Below, piece after piece: positions 19,901 to 29,508 of a stretch of 64,000 nucleotides of DNA (positions are counted from its first letter, which is position 1; each line of letters starts with the position of its first letter). Source of the stretch: Candidatus Poribacteria bacterium (lineage in GTDB: Bacteria > Poribacteria > WGA-4E > WGA-3G). The notes beneath the pieces are model-generated. The model did not search any database. It worked only from the letters and a program-made list of their open reading frames with translations, and was not told the DNA's origin. A program made the translations under genes and the position numbers. The stretch is from contig CBDBFU010000028.1 of the NCBI GenBank assembly GCA_965205025.1, forward strand, positions 128,001 to 192,000. The letters are read 5' to 3'.

Positions 19901-20559
19901 TTAGATTGATCCGGAGTTAACAATATACTTCCCTTGATATATCCGTCTGATAAAATGATGTTATATGTTCCTAAAGTCTCAAAAAGGTTGATATTTCCCT
20001 CATCAACTGTAATCTCAAGGTTTCCTCTAATATTGTAGACGTTAATATTTCCTTTGGTTGCTGTTATCTTTAGGGAAACATCTGGGGGTGTAATAATTGA
20101 GTATGTTAAATGAGATCTGTCGTAATTATCTTTAGGAATATATAATATCTGAGTGTTCAGTCGAAGTGTTCCTTCGTTTAATACACCATCTAATATTATA
20201 CTATCAGTAGGGAGTTCTGTATACTCTTCAGAATCTCCAACTGGATTCTGTATAATGTCTACCTTAATTGAGTTTGATTGTAAGTTATTATCCTGATTCG
20301 TTGTGATGTCAATATTTGCTGGAAAGTCAAGGTTAAGTTCAATTGCAAAGATCCCAATGTAATCAAAGGACTGGGTGGTAATTGTCTTGCTTTCTTGTGT
20401 ATTTTGAGGAGTTGATTGTGTAGTGTCTTTTGTTGTTTCAGGAGATATAACTTGATGGCCGAATGCACCAATTGAATTAATAGAGAGAAATAACATTGAC
20501 AACAAGAGACAAAAATGAAAAGGAATTGGAGATATATTGATGGTAGACATGGAAGCCAA
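16906..20559 (-). CDS. Omp85/BamA-TamA family outer-membrane protein with N-terminal DUF4097-like and CBM9-like domains and POTRA repeats
   Basis: Signal peptide; GxI beta repeats; PKIDGNLSEKAW/DECIEILLD CBM9-like; three IxIxGN POTRA starts; LRGY motif; terminal F. Confidence 0.8.
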   Translation of the reverse strand: MASMSTINISPIPFHFCLLLSMLFLSINSIGAFGHQVISPETTKDTTQSTPQNTQESKTITTQSFDYIGIFAIELNLDFPANIDITTNQDNNLQSNSIKVDIIQNPVGDSEEYTELPTDSIILDGVLNEGTLRLNTQILYIPKDNYDRSHLTYSIITPPDVSLKITATKGNINVYNIRGNLEITVDEGNINLFETLGTYNIILSDGYIKGSILLTPDQSNITTRNGSIELIVLDNLAAPLKLTALGGGIRLLLPKDYPADLSYNSVKEQIVVNVPAEIDDNSGLINDGGPLLNLTSTGMISILPAPTLQGTTDDSQSDILDDMSSIININIPKTSIRPKIDGNLSEKAWFYSTQLTPFQSHDGKEGIDSQTDVSLMYDEKFFYIGAKIYIQNNIIPRVSQTQLDSPIWEDECIEILLDMNPDTERYQHIVINPIGAVFDQLVEKVGYPTIKFHPNNTRKINLKHNYVNFKGDSSWNSDVIAETKINSSFWSLELAIKRRPEDDIDSNTWLLNIHRKAQGSLKDNQSIDRITQREYSYWLPIHNEEHPWWPHSREVMGILIFDKNENIDESYTYANNLEISSIDIKGNNTIPPDIIMKRLPYSTGNIISNVQLSWMLDELSTIDWFKGVRLQSTLVENKENKEQVNSEQDLSNNRADTANTNGKDFNHQNSSSLKVNLQLDITEAHIKYIRKINIDGNKYFPSSFIMNWFNIRDGYLVDSSINLKKQMVEDFYINRGFPFAKVTDQIKNDEFILNIKEGYVDEIRFTGNRRISQYDLKEAFEFDKDEVFFHSLGQSKINDLKKKLSKDNDEFKSIRDWYVQREGGKNLLIIDIEEQPRFQPGWFPIFGFNRVHGITLGAGGTLSTQVWGNEQLFVSVRRGFTSEKWNYRFGIEDEVFDFFPMKFGIGLYRLTDSSTQVFRLRPADIDLLGALYGSSSENYYERMGTQYWFSKPIGNISQFRLGYRHEQHDNLAKTTDWSYFFRSRVKNGNLRIEDGQQSILSLSYTFDTRDRKSLTGRTDQFGGELILWPNERNRRGWRGNIGVQTAGKSLGGDFSYRLYSFEVNKYTKVSGPHNINIRIAGDFSDNILPRQRILYLGGFTTLRGYPLNAFAGDNRVLLNVEYRLLNEILIDPSSDAAIGMSLCVFMDSGKTWEYGENPFPDSSLRNFYTSIGLGLSCYISPPKGFNPFSAAIEFAFPVNKSYYLKAYPIILRLERMF

Positions 20560-20851
20560 TACAGATTAATTTCTTCGTGATTTTCTTCGTTTTATGAAAC
20601 GAGTGTAATAATGATATATTTATATAATGGCATGATTATGAATTTCTTAGTTAGTCAAAAGAATATAATTGTCTATGGTACAACATAGACAAACAGGGAA
20701 ATTGAAAATAGAATCATATTAGAGTGAGAAATCGAATAGGGTAGATAGGGGAATAATACGACTGATAGTCAATCAATATAACCATTAGGTGGTCAATTAA
20801 TGGTAGTTGGCATCCCAACAAACCCCATTATTACTCTCGCAATAAAAGGAC

Positions 20852-20880
20852 TTGACACTTTTTAGATAATACTTTATACT
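20852..20880 (+). promoter_or_regulatory. Sigma70 promoter upstream of xylA
   Basis: TTGACA-N17-TATACT. Confidence 0.55.
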
Positions 20881-21007
20881 TAAAAAAAAGTCAAGCAGTT
20901 TCCAAATATAATGGTAACTTATTCGTTGACAGAATCGTTAACGTTAGGATAAGTTGCCGTTGTTTTGTTGGGAACATATTTATTTTTGTTTTACATCGGA
21001 GTGTTTG

Positions 21008-22054
21008 ATGTCCAGTTCGCAAACAGAATACCGTTTTTCCTTTGGACCATGGAATATTCATGAAGGGGCAGATCCGTTCGGACCACCCGTTAGAGAATCA
21101 TACAGTTTTGATGAGAAAGTAGAATTCTATAGAGACCTTGGTTTTGTAGGTATTCAGTTCCATGATGATGATGTTGTACCTGATATTGATGAGAAAAACC
21201 ATACCCAATTAATATCCCGTGCCAAAGAGGTTAAAGCACAAATTGATAATCACGGATTGATTGCTGAGGTAGTTGCTCCACGACTCTGGGAATCTCCTTT
21301 AACTATTGATGGGGCATTTACATCTAATTCAGAAAAAGAAAGACAGTACGCAATTGATCGGTCAAAACGATGTATTGATGTAGCAAATGAACTTGAGTGT
21401 AGGAATTTTGTTCTGTGGCTTGCCCGTGAAGGAACATATATTCGGGAATCAAAAAACTCTTCAGATGCTGTAGGACAGATATTAGATGCAATAAATGTCT
21501 TGCTTGAATATGATTCGAATATACGTATTCTGATTGAACCAAAACCCAATGAGCCGATGGATATAGCCTATATTCCAACAATAGGTCATGCTATTGGGTT
21601 AGCCTATGCCAGTAAGGCTCCAGATCGAGTAGGTGGGTTGATTGAAAGCGCTCATGCTATTCTTGCTGGGTTGGAACCCTCCGATGAAATGGGATACGCG
21701 CTCCAACATAAAAAACTGTGGAGCGTCCACCTAAATGATCAAAACGGTTTAAAATTCGATCAAGACAAAGCATTTGGTTCTGCAAACTTGCGGCGAGCAT
21801 TTAATCAGGTGAGAGTCCTTGAAGAGAACGGTTATGGTAGTCGTGGAGAATTCGTCGGTTTAGATGTTAAGGTTATGCGTACACAACCCCGTGAGATTTC
21901 AACCAAACATCTTTTGAATAGTCGTAGGACATTTCTTAACCTACTTGATAAGGTACGTAGTTTGGATAGGAAAGTAGAGCAGGAATTTATTTCAGCACAG
22001 GATTACGAAGGATTAGATTACTATATTCTCGAACACTTACTTGGAAAGAAATAA
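21008..22054 (+). CDS. xylA: Xylose isomerase-like TIM barrel enzyme
   Basis: GADPFG, FHDDD, EPKPNEP, ESAHA, HLNDQNGLKFDQD metal-binding motifs. Confidence 0.8.
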   Translation: MSSSQTEYRFSFGPWNIHEGADPFGPPVRESYSFDEKVEFYRDLGFVGIQFHDDDVVPDIDEKNHTQLISRAKEVKAQIDNHGLIAEVVAPRLWESPLTIDGAFTSNSEKERQYAIDRSKRCIDVANELECRNFVLWLAREGTYIRESKNSSDAVGQILDAINVLLEYDSNIRILIEPKPNEPMDIAYIPTIGHAIGLAYASKAPDRVGGLIESAHAILAGLEPSDEMGYALQHKKLWSVHLNDQNGLKFDQDKAFGSANLRRAFNQVRVLEENGYGSRGEFVGLDVKVMRTQPREISTKHLLNSRRTFLNLLDKVRSLDRKVEQEFISAQDYEGLDYYILEHLLGKK

Positions 22055-22142
22055 TAGTGTAAGTATTGACTAAAACACCTCCTACCAGAATGAATAAAAC
22101 TCCCCTAAAAAATATAATACTATCAATGAGGATATTTTATAT

Positions 22143-22811
22143 ATGTCAGTAGATAAGGATCACCTATCTCCTGAAAAGATTATGTCTGAGGAATTAGAAC
22201 CACGTTATAGATCAGTAGTTCTGGTCGGTCCACCTGGTGTAGGTAAAGGAACACAAGGCAAATTACTTGCCTCTATCCCCGGGATTTTCCATCTATCCAG
22301 CGGAGATATGTTCCGTGAACTTGATGATGAATCTGATTTTGGACAACTCTTTCATGAATACGCAACACGCGGAGACTTGGTCCCAGATGATATAACTGTT
22401 AAGATATGGTTGCAATATGTAAAGAATAAAGTTAATCAAGGTGTATATGACCCTGAGTCCGATTTACTGATTCTTGATGGAATTCCTCGTAACCTTGCAC
22501 AAGCGGAATTATTGTCTCCTTATGTTAAAATCCTGAAAATCCTATTTATGGTTTGTGAAGATCGCGAAGTAATGTTTGAACGGATTCGGGGGCGTGCCTT
22601 AAAAGAGAAACGTCGTGATGATGCAGACGAATTGGTTGTTCGATATAGATGGGATTTATACAAACGCGATACTGAACCGATGATAGACCACTTCACCCAA
22701 GAAATGGTCCGTATTATTGATGCAGACATGATTCCTGCAGGTGTTCTACATCAGATATTATCCGCATTAGTTCCAATTCAGAAAAGCTGCTTCTCCCCTC
22801 CACACATATAA
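22143..22811 (+). CDS. adk: Adenylate kinase family NMP kinase (short LID)
   Basis: GPPGVGKGTQ, HLSSGDMFR, GDLVPDD, LDGIPR, RRDD. Confidence 0.82.
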   Translation: MSVDKDHLSPEKIMSEELEPRYRSVVLVGPPGVGKGTQGKLLASIPGIFHLSSGDMFRELDDESDFGQLFHEYATRGDLVPDDITVKIWLQYVKNKVNQGVYDPESDLLILDGIPRNLAQAELLSPYVKILKILFMVCEDREVMFERIRGRALKEKRRDDADELVVRYRWDLYKRDTEPMIDHFTQEMVRIIDADMIPAGVLHQILSALVPIQKSCFSPPHI

Positions 22812-22890
22812 TATATATCCTATCGTATAATTTCCACCCTTGGTAGATTGGTTTATTGATAAGAATTTTACGTTCATTTGGTTGATGGCC

Positions 22891-23120
22891 GTATGTTATA
22901 CCAATTTTACTTAATTAGTTTACGTTAATAGCAAATCGGAGAAGGTAATTTTGTTCAAAGGGATTCTATAAACATTCCGTCCCTATGGGACTCAAGATAG
23001 CGGACAAATACCTTTTCTATAGACATTTCGTCCCTACGGGACTCATTTATCTGTATATGATTGTCCCTGTTTTACTTAAATCATAATGTAGGTATATCAA
23101 TTGAAAATGGTATAACATAC
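22891..23120. repeat. REP doublet bracketed by inverted repeats
   Basis: GTATGTTATACCA ... TGGTATAACATAC perfect 13-bp IR; core of two GTCCCTAYGGGAC units, reverse complement of the 55929 unit. Confidence 0.75.
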
Positions 23121-23179
23121 TTTTCTGGCACTCACTGTTGTGGAATGTATATAACCTACAATATCTGTAACTATTCTCA

Positions 23180-24823
23180 TTAATCCAATCTTTTATATAG
23201 ACGTATTTCTGGATGGATAAGTGAATTCACAGGAAACGGAGCAGCACTATCAGAAAATTCTATACCAAGAAAACTTGGTTTCCTATGAAAAGTCTTAACA
23301 AGTTGATATCTACTATCCTCTTTCCATATCAATCTATAAAATTCTAATGTTTCTTCTATATTTACATCCTCATGTGGGAACCAGTCAATAGGTTTAAAAT
23401 CCTGTGGTTTCTCATAGTATTTCCGAAAAATATCGTTATCAGTTCGGGTAATTAGTATCCATTCAGATTCAACCTGAGTCATATCTCTATCTAATTCAGG
23501 CATCAACCAATCACATAAAACTTCTGGTGGACGCATTATTCCGCTATCTACTGGGATATTCTCTGATATCCATTCAGATGCTTCTTGTCCAGTAGGTTGA
23601 GTCCACATGACGGATGCAAAAGCACATGTATAGAGTAACGATGCAACCCATACAATACAACCCCAAAACAATACGATGCGTCTGTGAAATGAATATAAGA
23701 AAACAGAGGCAAAGATCATAAGAACAGGATAAAGGATGATAAGATGACGAGTGAAGGTGACCTTGTAGGAACCGATAAAAAGTAGATAAGTGATTATGAA
23801 GATAACTATCCCAAATCCCATCCTGGTATTGTTTTCTGGATTATAATCCGTCTGCAGTCTTTTATTATATATTCGTGAAAAGAAATTACGAATGCCTGGT
23901 ATAGATTTGACATACTTTTCAAACTCCCATATTAATCCGCATCCAACGAGTAGTGCTAAAGGAAATCCCATACCCCATTTTATTAATGTCCCTAAATGTA
24001 AGAAACGATACATGAATCCAGTTTCACCGGTTGTGAATAATCCGAAATGTCCTTTATTATAATGACTTGACTCGTACCAAAAATCATTGAAGAAGTGATT
24101 CCACTCGGTTGAAAAAAGATCAATTATCCAATATGGACAGATGGCTGTAAATACTAAGACAGTCATACTTAGAATCAATAATAATTTTCGAAAAAAATGT
24201 TCTTCTTTTATAAAGGTGAGGATAGAGAAAAGAGCAAATATTGCAGGAAATTTTACGGCAATTCCTACTCCTACTACTAATCCCAATTTCAGGCATGTGG
24301 ATATTTTTAGATTTGATTCTCGAGATAGTATATAAAAAAATGAAGTAATACAAAATGTTGCAGGTATATCTACGATGGCAAAACGGGATTCGTTTGTCGC
24401 ATGTAGCATGGTAACTGCAAGAAATGCAGCAGAAATTATACCGACCTGTCTGTTGTATAGTGATTTTCCAAGTTTGTATGTTAGCCAAATTGTTCCTATT
24501 CCTAATAGGACATTTAGAAAACGTCCTATCAATATAACATTACTATTTGTTAGGGTAAAACCAAAGATAGAGAGTAGTTTTCCAACTATGGCAATCAGGT
24601 AGAACCAAGCTGTACCGGGCCAGTTATAAATTGTCGGAGGAGAGTCTAACCTGATGAGATTAAGGACATCTTCTGCAATTAGAACTTCACGTGGGTCAGG
24701 TGTATAGGGTAAACCTACTCCAATTCCAGGAAGACGGATAAGAAGTGCTATGAATATAATAGTAGGAAGGAGGAATTGTTTAGGTTTTAGTCGATAATGT
24801 TGGACTAGGGTAATCGACTTCAT
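23180..24823 (-). CDS. Glycosyltransferase family 39 (ArnT/PMT-like) membrane protein
   Basis: PDPRE loop, GRFLNVLLG, SRFAIVD, AVKF, RHLIILYP; many TM helices. Confidence 0.85.
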   Translation of the reverse strand: MKSITLVQHYRLKPKQFLLPTIIFIALLIRLPGIGVGLPYTPDPREVLIAEDVLNLIRLDSPPTIYNWPGTAWFYLIAIVGKLLSIFGFTLTNSNVILIGRFLNVLLGIGTIWLTYKLGKSLYNRQVGIISAAFLAVTMLHATNESRFAIVDIPATFCITSFFYILSRESNLKISTCLKLGLVVGVGIAVKFPAIFALFSILTFIKEEHFFRKLLLILSMTVLVFTAICPYWIIDLFSTEWNHFFNDFWYESSHYNKGHFGLFTTGETGFMYRFLHLGTLIKWGMGFPLALLVGCGLIWEFEKYVKSIPGIRNFFSRIYNKRLQTDYNPENNTRMGFGIVIFIITYLLFIGSYKVTFTRHLIILYPVLMIFASVFLYSFHRRIVLFWGCIVWVASLLYTCAFASVMWTQPTGQEASEWISENIPVDSGIMRPPEVLCDWLMPELDRDMTQVESEWILITRTDNDIFRKYYEKPQDFKPIDWFPHEDVNIEETLEFYRLIWKEDSRYQLVKTFHRKPSFLGIEFSDSAAPFPVNSLIHPEIRLYKRLD

Positions 24824-24831
24824 CTATGCAA

Positions 24832-25428
24832 TTACCGAGATGTTTTTTCCCACAATTCCGGGGAAAGTAAATTACGAAGTTGTTGAATCTCATAATCCAT
24901 AAATGGGAGATCTAAAGTTTCGAAAATCTGTTTCCAACGAGAATGTTGTGTAGCCTCAACATATAATGGAATAAATCCTAAATTGAGATAGGTTTTAATG
25001 GCTGGAATACGAAAATCATCAGTATCAAGCATTGAACAAATGAAACCGTTATCACGAAAATAATACAATACTGCAAGAGAAACCCATTTCCCAAGTTTGT
25101 GTCCAGTGTGTTTACTATCTACTCCGACCATATGGACATACCCCACTTCGGTTTCGTCAACAGACTGTCTCCAAGCACATGCTGTTCCCACAGGTATATC
25201 TTCATACGTTGTAAAAAAGAGTCCATCCGGTACAAAAACATCACGCTCAATAATTTCCTTGCGTGTGTCCTCAGCAGTCCGTTTTGATCCGCCAAAAGAA
25301 TCTGTAATTATATTTGCCCAATGAATTTCATCCCCTTTGATATAACTTCGTAAACCGTATTCTTCTGGGATTATAATTTCCGGTAAATCCTCAAGATTCG
25401 GGCGAACCATCCTAAGTTGTCTGGACAT
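24832..25428 (-). CDS. GNAT family N-acetyltransferase
   Basis: VGVDSKHTGHKLG acetyl-CoA motif; AIKTYLNLGF. Confidence 0.9.
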   Translation of the reverse strand: MSRQLRMVRPNLEDLPEIIIPEEYGLRSYIKGDEIHWANIITDSFGGSKRTAEDTRKEIIERDVFVPDGLFFTTYEDIPVGTACAWRQSVDETEVGYVHMVGVDSKHTGHKLGKWVSLAVLYYFRDNGFICSMLDTDDFRIPAIKTYLNLGFIPLYVEATQHSRWKQIFETLDLPFMDYEIQQLRNLLSPELWEKTSR

Positions 25429-25522
25429 CGTATATACTCCATGTTATTAATCCTACATTTAAGTATATTATAACATAGTGGGAAATCTTAGACAAAACTG
25501 CAAGTGAGATAAGAAGGTCATT

Positions 25523-25671
25523 TATAGTAAACAATAAAATGAATACTACATTTTCTATTGGCTCAACTTACGTTCGCGTCCCACACCTCTTCTGTAGGAG
25601 CGACCTCCCGGTCGCGACCAGGAGGTCGCTCCTACAAGTAAAGTGTCTAATTAAATCTAAAGTTTACTATA
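25523..25671. repeat. GTAG-type REP pair bracketed by inverted repeats
   Basis: 44-bp near-perfect palindrome TGTAGGAGCGACCTCC...GGAGGTCGCTCCTACA (25593-25636) within TATAGTAAAC...GTTTACTATA. Confidence 0.8.
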
Positions 25672-25760
25672 GTTCTTGGGTTGACGTTCCCCGGGGTTAC
25701 AAACCACACTTACCGGGGTGAGGAAATATTTTTGTATCATCTAATGTGTTCTATGACTTT

Positions 25761-28487
25761 TTAATGACTTCTTAAGACTGTATCTGTATTTCTTGTTTTA
25801 AGGGGTAAGTGGCTATTGTTCTCATGGGATAGTATAGTAAAAAATTGTCTTGCATCTTTATACTGATTGACAGAGATATTTCTCTGTTTTAATTTAAAAA
25901 ATAAATGGTAAGAAACTGAATTGTTAAATTGGTTATATCTTCTCTCCATTTCCGCAAATTCTGTATTCTTCCTGATATCTTTTGGTAATGTTGCAATCCA
26001 CTCATCGGGTAGGTGTATTTTAATGGTCTTTTCAATTAGCATGGGATAACTTAAGTCAAGAGGAAAACTGCGTTCTGGTGCGGAAAATGAGTCTGCGAAA
26101 CCTGTAAATTCATCTATGGGTAGGGGTAGTAAAATCTGATTTTTGATTCTTCTGATGTAATTATTTACACCAAAATTCAAAGTTATCCCTAATGGTTGTT
26201 CTATATTGTTCAAGTTCTCAAATTTCACTGATTCTATAGAGATATTTGGAAACAGTTGACTAAGTTCAGCAGCGAATGTATTGTTCCAATTCGATGGTGG
26301 AATCTGTTGATAATTCCATCTGGGATTAATGGTGTTTTGACCAAACATTGTCACCCGTATAATACCCTTTACTGAACCATCAGGATTTAACCACAATTCA
26401 GTATTAGATAAAAGCTTATTGTTTTCAGCCGGAAACACAGGGATTTCAACAAATATTCCTTGGAAGTCACCAATTAAGAATCCTATTCGTCCTTGGTCAC
26501 TATAGGGTAAATCCTCATAACTGCAGGTTGACGAGGTTGGATCTAACCATATATAACTGTCCTTCTCCTTTGGTATGGCGACAATCATATGGTTGAATTG
26601 GCTTAAGGAAGGAAGTGATGTATCAATTTTCCCATAGGGAGATGTACTAAGCATTACAGGATATGCTCTGATACCGACAAGATCAAGCATGGAGATGAGA
26701 AGTGTAGTTTTATCCTTACAGTCTCCATATTGTTTTTTTAGCACTTCAACTGCAGGTGAGGGTTGATATGCACTCTGTCCCAACTCAATACCAACATATC
26801 GAATCTGCCGTGCTACATAATCGTAAATTGCTCTAATCTTAGATTCGTCTGTAGTGAAATACTGGGTTAAATCTTCAACAGTTTGCATTATCTGTTCATC
26901 CGGTGTATATCTATCTTTAGCCAGATTCTTATACCAATCATATACTCTTTCCCAAGACTGTATTGAGGAGTATGTTAATCGTGGGGTAACATCATTTATA
27001 TTTGGCATTCCATCTTCTATTTTTAATGCTGGCATCTCCCCAACAGCCCAAATATATTCAATCGTACCATCTTGATTAGATGTTATCTGTGGTTCAATTT
27101 CGGAATTACGAACCTTCCACTGAATTGACCAATCTTGAGGTAACTTAAGTGCATAAGTAGTTGCAAGTGTTAGCTCTGAGGATTGGAAGTTATATCCTCC
27201 CGTGATCCAAGTTTCGTTGACTGACACGTTTTCTAATTTATCCTCAAGCGTGACCTGATATTCAATACACACACCGGGAGAGAGTCCAACCATAGAGATA
27301 ACCTTCCACATCAAATCTGAGTAAAGATTTCGTGATAACAGTCCTGGTGGTGTTACATCATTATATGCTTCATCTGGTGGGGTATGTATCGTACCATCAG
27401 GTGCAATTGTCCGTGCTATATTAATCCCGATATTCTGTGAATTTGGTTGATATGGAATCGCGATATCACCATATTTATTAATGCCTCTCTCAGTCAGTAT
27501 TTTTACAACCTGATGTGTAGTATATCGTGACTGCCCAGAAGGTAATACTTCATGTGAGAAATTGTTGAATAAAATTGCAACATCTGCATTTGGGTAATCG
27601 TCAGTAGTAGGTGCATCCGCTATAATTTGTAACACCTGTGGATTTAGGATTGTAACAGGTGGTACTGTTGCAGGTTGTGATCGATTTGGATCTAATTGTG
27701 ATAAGGCTTGTAATCTTGTTACCGCTAACAGATTATCTGGATCTATTTCCAATAATTGTTGATATTGTAGCTGTGCCTCAAAATATCGGTGGTTTTCCTC
27801 ATATAGTGATGCGAGTTGTTTTCTTGCCCAAACATCTTGCGGAAATAACCGTATGGATTCTCGAAATTCTGCGATTGCTTCACCAATATCTTCACGACTC
27901 AAATGAATTAATCCCAAGTAATTATGTAAGTTCTTGCTATCAGGACTTTTACATTTTGGATCAAGATCTAAAGCTTGTCTTAGAACATATTCAGCATTAT
28001 CAAGCTGATTTAACTGTATATAGACCAAACCGAGATGGTTTAAGGCATATAGATTGTCTTTAGAGATTGCTATTACTTGCTCATAGTATTGGGCTGCGTA
28101 TTCATAGTTACCCAGATTTTCAAATATATATCCAACATAGTTTAGAGAAACTATGTGATTTGGATGATGATGTAAATAATCAAGAAAAGCATCCTTTGCC
28201 TTTTCATATTCCTCAAGTTGAATTAATACCTCAGCAATCTTTACTTGTATATCACCATAGTTTGGTCGGATATTTATTGCATTTTGATATGCAGTAAGTG
28301 CATCTTGATAATGTCCGTTTTGTATTGCAGTCTTCGCTTTTGCAACCTCTTCACGCCATTGTTGATTTCTTATAATGAGAGGATCAACAATTTCTTCTCT
28401 GGTAGATTGTGATTTGGGTAAGAAAACACAACCTCCTAAGAACAATAGGAGCATTAACGATGAAAAATAGAAACATCTGTAAATCAT
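25761..28487 (-). CDS. Lipoprotein with TPRs, DUF3857 and a transglutaminase-like domain
   Basis: Lipobox LGGC; TPR array; IRYVGIELG, YGDCKD (catalytic Cys), FNHMI, WLDPT. Confidence 0.88.
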   Translation of the reverse strand: MIYRCFYFSSLMLLLFLGGCVFLPKSQSTREEIVDPLIIRNQQWREEVAKAKTAIQNGHYQDALTAYQNAINIRPNYGDIQVKIAEVLIQLEEYEKAKDAFLDYLHHHPNHIVSLNYVGYIFENLGNYEYAAQYYEQVIAISKDNLYALNHLGLVYIQLNQLDNAEYVLRQALDLDPKCKSPDSKNLHNYLGLIHLSREDIGEAIAEFRESIRLFPQDVWARKQLASLYEENHRYFEAQLQYQQLLEIDPDNLLAVTRLQALSQLDPNRSQPATVPPVTILNPQVLQIIADAPTTDDYPNADVAILFNNFSHEVLPSGQSRYTTHQVVKILTERGINKYGDIAIPYQPNSQNIGINIARTIAPDGTIHTPPDEAYNDVTPPGLLSRNLYSDLMWKVISMVGLSPGVCIEYQVTLEDKLENVSVNETWITGGYNFQSSELTLATTYALKLPQDWSIQWKVRNSEIEPQITSNQDGTIEYIWAVGEMPALKIEDGMPNINDVTPRLTYSSIQSWERVYDWYKNLAKDRYTPDEQIMQTVEDLTQYFTTDESKIRAIYDYVARQIRYVGIELGQSAYQPSPAVEVLKKQYGDCKDKTTLLISMLDLVGIRAYPVMLSTSPYGKIDTSLPSLSQFNHMIVAIPKEKDSYIWLDPTSSTCSYEDLPYSDQGRIGFLIGDFQGIFVEIPVFPAENNKLLSNTELWLNPDGSVKGIIRVTMFGQNTINPRWNYQQIPPSNWNNTFAAELSQLFPNISIESVKFENLNNIEQPLGITLNFGVNNYIRRIKNQILLPLPIDEFTGFADSFSAPERSFPLDLSYPMLIEKTIKIHLPDEWIATLPKDIRKNTEFAEMERRYNQFNNSVSYHLFFKLKQRNISVNQYKDARQFFTILSHENNSHLPLKTRNTDTVLRSH

Positions 28488-28840
28488 TATTCTTTATCTT
28501 GATTTTGCTTTTGTAGTTTTGGATTATTGATATGTCGATTCTTATCCCGTTGTGTCTTTTTGTTCATAGATTGTATAAAAGCGTCTTCAAGTTGAACTCC
28601 TGTTTGGTTTGCGAGACAGATAAGAACAAACAGAATATCCGCCATCTCTTCTCCAATGTTTAGATCTTCCTCATTTTCTTTGAAACTTTGATCCCCGAAT
28701 TTACGCGCCATAATTCTTGCCAATTCACCGACCTCTTCCATGAGGATTGCGGTGTTAGTTAATTCTGAAAAATAACGGACACCAATTGTATTTACCCACT
28801 CATCAACTATTTTTTGACAACCTTCAAGTGTATATTCCAT
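28487..28840 (-). CDS. MazG-like nucleotide pyrophosphohydrolase
   Basis: EEVGELAR...EEMAD; TAATG overlap with the downstream gene. Confidence 0.9.
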   Translation of the reverse strand: MEYTLEGCQKIVDEWVNTIGVRYFSELTNTAILMEEVGELARIMARKFGDQSFKENEEDLNIGEEMADILFVLICLANQTGVQLEDAFIQSMNKKTQRDKNRHINNPKLQKQNQDKE

Positions 28841-28957
28841 TTATTAGTCCATTCCATTACGAACGTATATGGGTATTGTAGCAGCATAAGCAATTAGTAG
28901 TAAACTTTTTAATGGTCTATAGTTGTTGGTTATAGATAGTCTATCAATATCCGTAGA

Positions 28958-29106
28958 CATCAGGTAAAGCACGCAAGGAAACACCTTCTTTAGTCAACCA
29001 GACAAGGATGGAGAGAAACCGTCTACAATCTTGTGTATCCCACACATAGACGTTGGGATACACCCGGAGAAATAGCAAGAGACTTTTACAAGCTGCGTCC
29101 CTGATG
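28958..29106. ncRNA. Candidate structured RNA, family unknown
   Basis: Closing stem CATCAGG/CCTGATG and ACGCA/TGCGT; 10-bp hairpin GTGTATCCCA/TGGGATACAC; GC-richer than flanks. Confidence 0.3.
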
Positions 29107-29508
29107 GAATGTGTGAGTTCTTGAGATTCTTCTGTTTTTCGTTTTTCATATATACAAAATACTATAATGTCTGTAAAATATCAATACAATTAAATGTAAA
29201 CACAACATAGTAACCATAAAAATGAAAAAGCAGTTTTACGAGGTACATGTAATTTCGTTGTCAGATTCCAGTGGACTGAAAACGGCATATAGTATTTTAC
29301 CAGATACGGAATTACCTAAATACTTCCTTAAACTTCATATACATTGTAACACGTAAATCAACGCTGAACATTTCTACATAAATTCGTTGTATTGACCTAT
29401 ATGATTCAATGTGATTAAAAATTGCACATACTTAGAAATAGTCCTACATAAATCAAAGCAGAATTTGATCACACGATTCGATTATCATAAATAATAATTG
29501 GAGTAATA

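Noticed and set aside
25539-25721. 60-aa ORF
   Set aside because: Reads through a REP palindrome element; no RBS or domain
28958-29106. 6S RNA, SRP RNA, hammerhead or HEARO assignment
   Set aside because: No symmetric 6S rod, SRP helix-8 motif or CUGAUGA/GAAA core; only a GTCAAC word resembles HEARO and no IscB follows
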